Shown here: positions 1-8,429 of the stretch, piece after piece | Layout: each line of letters begins with the position of its first letter | Position numbering within the stretch: position 1 is the first letter of the stretch | Assembly: GCA_050230475.1 (NCBI GenBank) | Contig: JBFLGF010000099.1 | Coordinates: forward strand, 62,001-88,305 | Direction of reading: 5' to 3' | Length of the DNA stretch: 26,305 nucleotides | From: Ancylonema sp. | Taxonomy: Eukaryota | Program-made: the position numbers and the translations under genes | The notes under the pieces: generated by a model | Told to the model about the DNA's origin: nothing | The model's database searches: none | The model's input: only the letters and a program-made list of their open reading frames with translations

Positions 1-1970
1 AAACCATCGTTTTGCAAAATTGAGAGGTGTCTCGAGGAAGGGAGCAACTCGGTGGATCACCGGTTCTACTTTCACCCCAATCCCCCTCCATGCCATTCGA
101 TGCAGATACGAGGTAGCGGGGCTGTGGAACTTGAGCTTCAAAAGCTGCAACACAATCGTCGGAAGAACAACACACGACATTAGTTGTGAGGCGATGGAAT
201 TGCCTACCTACAGCTATAGCTTTAGCTATAGTTGTTGCTCTTGCTCTTGCTACAGCTATTGCTACAGCTATTGCTACAGCCATTGCTACAGCTATTGCTA
301 CAGCCATTGCTACAGCCATTGCTACAGCCATTGCTACAGCTATAGCTACAGGGACCTCAGAAGTCCTTCTCACCTGCCAATAGAGAAGCGTGGGAATCAG
401 AGTTCTGGAAGGCCTGCGCAGAAGGGAGAAAAAAAAAGTGGCTTGAGTTGGCAGCCAGTGGAACAGTGGATGAGGTTGGGGGATGGGGAGAGGACTCACG
501 TGAAAAGAAAGAAGATGAGAAGAAAACCCAACGACAACTCTGAACTCGTCCCCGCCCCTTGCAGCTCAACTCGGTTTTGGTCGACAAAGTGACACCCCTT
601 CTCCAAATACTGCCTGCAAGTGATGAACCAAACATCAAACACCCCCTCTTACCCTGAACCTGAACCTGAACCTGAACCTGAACCTGAACCTGAACCTGAA
701 CCTGAACCTGAACCTGAACCTGAACCTGAACCTGTACCTTAAACTGGACCTGATGTAGAATGGAAGGGGGATATGGGGATAATACGGACCTGTACAGAGG
801 AGCAGCGTTGAAGTGGCGTTGCATATGTTGTGCAACTGCCACAGCTGCCGTGAGGGCGGGAGGCACCACGGCCACTACAAACAAACAAAAAAAAAAGGAT
901 AATTAAATATGGATTGGAAAAGGAGAGAGAGGGATAAAGTATGAGGGGGATTTGTTCTTACATGCAACTGGGCGTGGCATGGCAAAGAAGATGGCGGCGT
1001 GAAGGAGGCTTGGGAACTCTTGACCAGCGAGCACGGGCTGAAGCCATGCCTTGAGCATCCCCCACTTGAAGGGAGAGGGAGGCACCTGTTGCCCCAACCC
1101 CCAACCGTCACCGCTGCTCTGGTCTTGATGCCCAGCTCAAGAGGTAGGGGATGGTCTTACCCCTCGCTGCTGCCCAATTCCGATGAACGAGGATGCCAGA
1201 CTCCCAAGCAGCGCCCAGCGGAAGGCCCTGAACCCGATGGCTTGTGGCGTGAAGGGGAAGATGGCGACCAAACCCATGACCAGAACCTGCGGAAATGCGC
1301 AAAGTGCTGAGCATCGTAACTTTCCGACCGCGAGTGACTGCACACTCCTTACCAGAGCATTTGCGAGGAAGATTGCCGTCGAGAAGTCGATCCGAGAAAG
1401 GAAACCGGTACCCCCTGCAACCCGTGGGTCTGCCGCATCAGGATTTCACCACGTCGACACTGAAGTGGATCTGCTGTGCCACATACTGCTCTGGGCCGCT
1501 GCGGGCTGGGACGGCGCTGTTCTGCAAGGGGCTTCTGACGGGCGAGGAGCAGCGGTGGAAGTAGAGGCCCCAGAGGAAGATGCTGACGGTGGGGACGCAG
1601 ACTGCCGAGATTGCTGGATCTCGAAATCAGGATCCTGCCACAATCAAAGTGCAATCGTAGCGAGGATTGATGTTGCATTAAGGCTCCAAAGACAGAAGAA
1701 CCGGGGCATTAAATATTAAGTTTCTCGTTGAAAATCTTACTATGTGCTGCTTGTAGAACTTCTGCTTGTATCGCTCCAAGACAGAAGCTTCATTTCGGCC
1801 AGGGGGGATAGTAAGATTGTTCTGCAGCATACAAAACAAATCGTCGGTACCAGTGGGACAATCAAGGTGCTTCTTTTCAGAAACGAGAAGCACACCTTGT
1901 ACTCTAGCCACTGCGCATTCCTTTCAAAGTCGAATGATCCGAACGCAGCTTGCCGGTCCGGTGGGGCCAT
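1..1970 (-). CDS. TMEM33: TMEM33/Pom33 (UPF0121) family ER/nuclear-envelope membrane protein, 10 coding exons visible, 3' end runs off the window
   Basis: GT-AG exons on the minus strand join in frame: 1970-1896, 1821-1741, 1634-1487, 1414-1353, 1286-1161, 1085-962, 874-790, 613-500, 413-374, 144-1. Product MAPPDRQAAFGSFDFERNAQWLEYKNNLTIPP..VLERYKQKFYKQHIDPDF...AIFLANALVLVMGLVAIFP...LYRQYLEKGCHFV...ELSLGFLLIFFLFTPSRTLIPTLLYWQLLKLKFHSPATSYLHRMAW matches, from recall, the plant TMEM33 homologue pattern (YDxDPRWxDYW..IPP..FKRKFY..IDPDL; YWQLLKLxY..H..W). Confidence 0.85.
209..349. repeat. Imperfect 12-bp/6-bp tandem repeat (GCTACAGCYATT)n in TMEM33 intron 9
   Basis: Directly visible tandem units gctacagctatt/gctacagccatt inside the 145-373 intron. 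It explains the spurious ATAI/CYSH ORFs. Confidence 0.95.
653..734. repeat. (CCTGAA)13 hexanucleotide microsatellite in TMEM33 intron 7
   Basis: 13 perfect CCTGAA units at 653-730 followed by CCTG, inside the 614-789 intron. Confidence 0.95.
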
Positions 1971-2209
1971 CTGAAACAAAGTCAACTGAAGTCCTAGCGA
2001 GATCCCTGGGCCCTTCTCCAGCCAAAGTCAAATAACAGCTCACACCAGCACACAGACAAGGAACAAGCAAATAGGGCTCCTTGCCGGGAGGACAAGCAAA
2101 TAGGGAGAGGGCCCGGTGTGGAAATTTTCGACAAGCCCTAGGGGTGGGGGAGCCGGCAGCCCAAAGGACTCTGAGCTCATTGAGCCCGGAGGTCCAAGGC
2201 TTGGAAGAA

Positions 2210-2512
2210 GGGAGCTCGTACTGCCAAAACATTGATCTTAATGCCAAAGCAGATTCTCCCGACAGGACTTACGGGGGGCCGTAGATGCAGCTCGAAAGGA
2301 CATGGTGGTTTGTGGGCCGTCGACCTGTAGTACGGCCTTTATTTAAGAATTAACAGAATCTAAGTGGATGACGTGGCTGTCGCTTACGCCAGTACCAGAA
2401 ATCGGTGTTCGACCTGTAGATATCCGCTTGGTTACCGGAGGTTACGATCGACGGGGTCATGACCCAGCATGCTGTCCAAGGGTCGACTCGGCGGGGGGCA
2501 GAGGGAAGTTGG
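2210..2512 (+). repeat. Left terminal inverted repeat of MULE
   Basis: Reverse complement of 11950-12252, about 97% identical. Confidence 0.95.
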
Positions 2513-3039
2513 CATTCCGGGATTGTGGCACCTTGTCAGGCCAGCGAAGTATCTTTTGTCCTATAAGTCTGTGTGACTGGTTATGGCCTTGGGTGCGATG
2601 TCGTAGTATACGGAAATTGCGAGACGCTATTCAACAGTGCGTTGTTATCTAATCCGTGTCGAGGGCGGTTACTGTTGTGTTGAGCATACTATGAGGTGAA
2701 ACAAAACCCATTTTGCGACGAGTCTTCCCCATGTTGTGATGTTCCCGCACTGGGTAATCCATGTTCTGTTCTCTTGAATTTTTGAAATGTTGTCACCACG
2801 CGACAGCCTTTGTATTGTCATCAGGCGATAGATGAAAGGCTTCGATGTTGGAGGTATTACGAATTGCCTATTACGAATGACTTCTAATTCACAATGCTGA
2901 CACATATAACATTGGTTTCTTACCTTATCATGTTGTCTAATTCGATTGCACTTGTATTCGATTGACATTTCTTACTCAGGCCGTCCACGATGTTACGGCA
3001 ATTTGTCGTCTCATTCGTGCTGCTTCTTCAACTCATTCT

Positions 3040-3522
3040 TGTCGTAGCGCCAGGGATCGGTAGCTTATAGCGGATACGCCCCCGTTGTAGCCGATCGGTT
3101 ACTGGTAGATACGCCCCTACCGTAACTAAGTAGCTTGCATTCGTTATAGCGGTCTATAGCGATCTACAAGTCACCCGTGTACCGCGGGCCTGCAAGTCGG
3201 ATCACGTCCGCTGGCCGTGAGTTGTGGTTGGTCTAGCCAGATTTGATCGTAAACATTACGACAAGTAGTTGGCGCCGGTTTCGCACGTGCGGGGGTGCCT
3301 CACCCACTGCACTAGAATAGGGACAGGAAGAGCTATGTACCCTAACTTTCTCGATAACTTCCCCGAACTTCTATCATCGCCTCGCACGTGTCTTGCATTT
3401 CTCCGTGTTTGATACCGCTGCGCTGTGCTGTGCTTAGAGGTTGGCAGGAATACCCATTAGCCCAATAGGTCGCCAGCTCACGGCGCTCCTAGGCAACCAA
3501 CGGCTTCCATTGCCTTGAATAG
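3040..3522 (+). repeat. Direct repeat A1
   Basis: Aligns to 7067-7539 with about 20 substitutions and 3 indels of 10-11 bp (hand count). Confidence 0.95.
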
Positions 3523-3597
3523 TTAATCGAGAAAGTTGCATCTATCAGCTGGGTCTGACTAAGCCCGACTCCCACCCGCTACGCACATGACTGCTGA

Positions 3598-6087
3598 ATG
3601 TCATGGCGACGTAGTGGAGGTGACCGTCTAGGTCGTAGTTTATCAGACAGCACTCTGGCGTCAGGACCCGCAGGCTCGCGGTCCGGCTCCCCAGCTGACG
3701 AGACAGAAGAGACCATATCACCGCTAGCTCCGCAGGTGGTTCTGCTCAACAGACAGATTCTAGAAGACGACTCTGAAGACATGGGCGACTCCATCGCTCA
3801 CTACAATGGGGAGATAGGCTCCCACCAGACAGATTTTTTCATCGATGCCCGCGGCCTCTACTACAAGATAGGCATGCGGCCAGCTCGCATCAAGAAGGGC
3901 TACGGAGAGATCGAGTTCCTCCTCTACGACTTGGCTTCCTTCCTCGGGCGGGATGCCAGGAAAGTGCTGACCGACCATGTCATCGAAAGGACTGTGGTCT
4001 TTCCAGCCGGCCATGCTAACCATCAATTGTAAGCAGACAGAGCTGCTGCAAGGACCGCATGGAAAACCTGGCGGAGAGAAGCAGCACGTCCTCCGGATTT
4101 AGCAAATCCACCTCTACCTCCGGCCGCGGTTGAGCCTGATGACATCGAGTCGTTCTTCAAAGCGATTCGGCTGCGCTTCATCACTAACGTTTCCGACGCT
4201 GTCGACCAGATGAGAAGCTTCCAGGCGAAACCAGGAGATTGGGTCTACAACATCTTCTTCAAGATTGACGACCTCGCTACACCATGCGAGCAGTCTGGAC
4301 GGATCTTGCCGCGGGAGGCTGCTCTGCGGTTCTACGATGCTTTGCCCAGGGCGGTGAAAATCGAAATTGATCCGGCATACAAAGCCGAAGAAGCTAAGAG
4401 GCTGCGAGCTGGTCTGCTACCCATGGCACGGGAGCATATCCTCGAGATCGCGGCTGCAGCTGAGAGCAGCCTACAAGCAAGAGTGGCTGGCTGCACGACC
4501 TTTGGTTTGGATCCTGCCACTACCGACATCACCCACTTCATCATGCAACCTGTGGCACAGAGCATCCAAGTGGTTCAAGGCAGTCAAGGCCAGCAGGAGC
4601 AACAGCAGCAGCAGCTCAGACGCACATGTCACCAGTGCGGTCAGACTGGACATCTCCGACGAGATTGCCCTTCGGAAGCAGCCTTTTCTGCAGCTTCTCG
4701 CATTGAAGGTGCACCTGCTACCAGTGGTCAGGCTCAGAATCCTGCACATTCTGGAGCTGCAAGAAGTAGTGATTCCGTGCAGCCTGCCAGATGGGACATT
4801 TCTGCAGCTGACCAGACGGAGGGTGAAGTCTGCACCCACAGCCTGAAGCTGGGCCATACTTCAGAGGAGTGTCGTCAGCGAGAGACTGGTCACTCCCCAG
4901 CCTCCTCTCACGCAGCTCAGTTACACTTGGCACCTGTGCGCCAAGGCACGGCTTTTCAAGGGCCATGGAGGATCTACAATCATGGCTACTCCGGCCATGG
5001 TGCTCTTTTCTTTCAGGGATGCCAGCTGCGAGTAAATCCGGCAGCGAGGGAACAGTCCTGTGCGGTGCAGCGTCCAGCTCTTCAAAGCCTGCCTGCGCTG
5101 GGGAAGCGAGTTGCCAGGCAGCATGCGCCTGCAATCCTTCCTCCCAGCGTTTCTGTCTCCCTCCAACTGTCTTTTGTTCAGTCCCCTCCTGTGCGCCATC
5201 TCCATGGTCAGCAAGTGGAGCGCGGAGCCGAGAGTCTGCACCCTGGAGATCTGCGTCCAGCCTGCCAGCCGCTGGCGCAGAGAGGGCGGTCTGCTGGACA
5301 GCTGCACCCGCTCCTTGCAGCAGAGAGCCAGCCTCCAGCCAGTATGCCGCATGTGCAGCCGATGGAGCAACCTAGTGGAAAACTGCAGCAGCCGACACAG
5401 CAGTTCGACCCTGGCTTGGGTCGCAGGGGGGAAGTGGTGGCGCCAGCAGAGGTCCTCGCAGCAGCAGCAGCAGCAGCACAGATGTTGCAGGATCAGTGGC
5501 AAGGAGCAGCAGTAGCACCAGTCCACCTCGGGACGTGGCTGCCCTCTTTCCTCTCTCCTAACCACCTTCCCACACCACTTCCCATCCTCAACCTTCAAAC
5601 TCATTCTGAACCTCTTTTAAAACCTCTAAACCAGAATTTACTTCAGATCCTGGCTCCGTACAGTTCGGGGCAGCAGACTCCACTTGCGCGCAGCAGTTTG
5701 GATTTGGTCGTGAACAGGCCATCTGGCCTCCCGCTGGCTGGCCTACTTCAACGTGTAGCAGCAGCCCCTGTGGTCCTTCTTGCTCAGGCGCTGCGCAGAA
5801 GTGTTCAGAAGCTGGCGGGTGCAAGTCTCTCCACCTTGGCACCCGTGCAGCAGCCTTTCCCTCATCAACCTTTGTTGTATGAGCATCTGGGCCAGCCTCC
5901 TGGCAGTGCTCAATTTGGAGTGGAGGCAGCGGTCAGCGGTGCACTCCATCTGGTGAGCGGTGCGCTTTATCAAGCCCAGCCTATGTGGCTGATCAACACC
6001 CTGAGCCCTCTCCTTCCTGATACCCTTTTTCTTCTCTTCAGCCTTCTCTACCTTTCCACCTTCACCCTCTCAGACAACCAGCTTTGA
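3598..6087 (+). pseudogene. gag: Retrotransposon Gag-like ORF with one in-frame stop (TAA 4030-4032)
   Basis: ORFs 3598-4032 and 4210-6087 are in the same frame and the intervening codons are open (ADRAAARTAW...FFKAIRLRFITNVSDAVDQ). Capsid-like FFKAIRLRF..AVDQMRSFQAKPGDWV..FYDALP. CCHC knuckle CHQCGQTGHLRRDC at 4627-4668 and degenerate knuckle CTHSLKLGHTSEEC at 4831-4872. The long Q/P/L-rich tail may not be the ancestral frame throughout. Confidence 0.85.
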
Positions 6088-6847
6088 ACCTCGTGGAAAC
6101 AGAGGGGGAGGGCTGGGGGGGGGGCTGGGGGGGGGGCTGAAAGGGGGGCCAGCTGGCGCACTTGGGATAAGTGTGGCCAGCTCTCAGCAGTTCTGCAGCC
6201 ATCTCCATCAGCGCGCGACTCCTTTCCTTCCCTTCCTCACATTGAAACTCTGACTTTGTAGTTTGGGGGGGGGAGAGGGGTGCAATCTGGGAGGGGGGGG
6301 TCACTTTGGGAACTTCTTCAACTCTAACCCTGTACTCGGTATAGCCAAGCTGCTTCGACTTACGAGTCATCAGCTTGGGGGGGGGGGAAATGACAAACTT
6401 TCACGCGGACACCTTTGACATCTTGTGGTGTGGCGCGGATAGCGCATGGCGTTTGGAACTCTTTTCCATGGCTTTCTTGCTTTCACTTGTAGCATGTTGC
6501 GCAAGATCAAACTTCACCAACATCCACATTTGCCACAAGACTGGGGACACGCTCCAATAGCTCAGACCCCTACAGAGTGGTTACAAGACCTGCGGTACCG
6601 CCGAAGATCTTTAGTGTGTAGACTTGTTGTGGTGCGTAGTTTTCTTAGTGTGCAGAATTCAAGTGTCTACTTGTTGTTTCTCTCCACCTTCAGCAGACAT
6701 TTCACTTGAGGCCTTGCTGTGTTCTTATCACTAGGTCTAGTATGATGTCTTGGGGGGATAGGTGGAACTTGGGGGGGCCCACTTGTAGTGTAGCCTTCAA
6801 GTTGCCAACCTCTGGCTTCGGTTCTCAGCCGAGAGCTTGGGGGGGGG

Positions 6848-7064
6848 AGTAAAACCAAAATTGGTGCATGCTAGCTTGCTTGCTAGATAGTGTATGTATT
6901 GTGTTGTGTGTTCGTGATGCAAGTTAGTAAGTTCTTTGCTTGCGTGGACGGGTCTCTATCCGCAAGTGTCCGCTTGTGTCATTAGCGTGTTTGTAGTGTG
7001 CTTAGCCTAGCCGCACGTGTGTGACGCATCGATCTCTATAGGTACGTCATTCTCGGCGATGTTT
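6848..7064 (+). repeat. Direct repeat B1
   Basis: Aligns to 7541-7775. Preceded by the G-tract AGCTTGGGGGGGGG. Confidence 0.95.
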
Positions 7065-7066
7065 GC

Positions 7067-7539
7067 TGTCGTGGCGCTAGGGATCGGTAGCTTATAACGG
7101 ATACGCCCCCGTTGTAGCCGATCGGTTACTGGTAGATACGCCCCTACCATAACTAAGTAGCTTGAATTCGTTATAGCGGTCTACAAGTCACCCGTGTACC
7201 GCGGGCGTGCAAGTCGGATCACGTCCGCTGGCCGTGAGTTCTGATTGGTCTAGCCAGATTTGATCGTAAACATTACGACAAGTAGTTGGCGCCGGTTTGG
7301 CGCCGGTTTCGCACGTGCGGGGGTGCCTCACCCAGTGCACTAGAATCGGGACAGAAAGAGCTTTTTCTCGATAACTTCCCGGAACTTCTATCATCGCCTC
7401 GCACGTGTCTTGCATTGCTCTGTGTTTGATATCGCTGCGCTGTGCTGTGCTTAGAGGTTGGCAAGAATACCCATTAGCCCGATAGGTCGTCAGCTCAGGG
7501 CGCTCCTAGGCAACCAACGGCTTCCATTGCCTTGGATAG
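7067..7539 (+). repeat. Direct repeat A2
   Basis: Copy of 3040-3522, separated from B1 by only GC and from B2 by one base. Confidence 0.95.
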
Positions 7540-7540
7540 C

Positions 7541-7775
7541 AGTCAAACCAAATTGGTGCATGCTAGCTTGCTTACTAGATATGCGAGTGTATGTGGTGTG
7601 TTGTGTGTTCGTGATGCAAGAAGTAAGTTCTTTGCTTGCTATGTTGTACAGAACGTGGACGGGTCTCTATCCGCAAGTGTCCGCTTGTGTCATTAGCGTG
7701 TTTGTAGTGTGCTTAGCCTAGCCGCACGTGTGTGACGCATCGATCTCTATAGGTACGTCATTCTCGGCGATGTTT
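7541..7775 (+). repeat. Direct repeat B2
   Basis: Copy of 6848-7064, ending at the same ...CTCGGCGATGTTT. Confidence 0.95.
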
Positions 7776-8429
7776 TCACAGCATATGCTGCCGGTAAGTA
7801 TTTATGTATATATCAAAATTACCATATTGATAATGAACATAATAAATGTTAATTCATATGCTCAGATATACCTCTCTCCATTAAAAGTAGCATAGCTCCC
7901 ACATGGCCTATCCATAGAGACTTACTTTTAGGGTTATGCGTAGCTGACTTTTCCTCTTACCCGGCACAGTTTACAGATCATAAAGCAAACAAATATGCTG
8001 AAGCAGGTTTTCCTGAACTGCTGGTCGCAAACGCTTTCAACAGTTCCTGAACACCCTACTGGACCTTTTGTAACCAGGTTTTTATTCACTCCTGATAAAG
8101 ACCTCAAACTTTGTCACCACTTAGCCAACTCTACTAACTACACTTGGAGCTTTACAAAACTATAAAATTCTGAGCAGATTTCATTTGCCTACAGTTTGCG
8201 TGAGCTGCTGTTGACAGAGTGGCCAAAATAGTAGAAACCTCATCTTCAGATCTCATCTCTTCTCCACACAAGTAATTAGGGCAACCAAGGCCTCTATATC
8301 ATTTGTAAACAGTTTGCGTGAGCTGTTGACGTCAGACTGGTCAGCAAACACCAACTTTTAACAGCACTTCCACAAGTATTGATTTTTTTTGTTCGTTTTA
8401 CCACCGTGTGCATACAGGTTCGATACCCA

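Larger units (their letters stand above)
3040..7775 (+). mobile_element. Gag-only retroelement with split direct repeats (A1-gag-B1-A2-B2), probably a non-autonomous PAT/Ngaro-type (DIRS order) element
   Basis: A1 3040-3522 is about 95% identical to A2 7067-7539. B1 6848-7064 matches B2 7541-7775, with the last roughly 120 bp identical. A Gag ORF lies between A1 and B1. No 4-6 bp TSD (flanks ...CATTCT / TCACAG...). No RT, RNase H or recombinase motif seen. Confidence 0.75.

Noticed and set aside
20..884. ORFs with CYSH/ATAI/QV/RF repeats (20-592, 186-383, 357-884, 635-835)
   Set aside because: Artefacts of intronic microsatellites in the TMEM33 gene.
4332..5973. Multiple overlapping ORFs across gag
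   Set aside because: Shadow frames of a GC-rich coding sequence. No RT (YxDD), RNase H or recombinase motifs found.
3040..7280. Simple LTR retrotransposon with LTRs 3040-3263 and 7067-7280
   Set aside because: No TSD (ATTCT versus AGTAG), no PPT directly before 7067, and homology continues about 260 bp past both units and is followed by B2.
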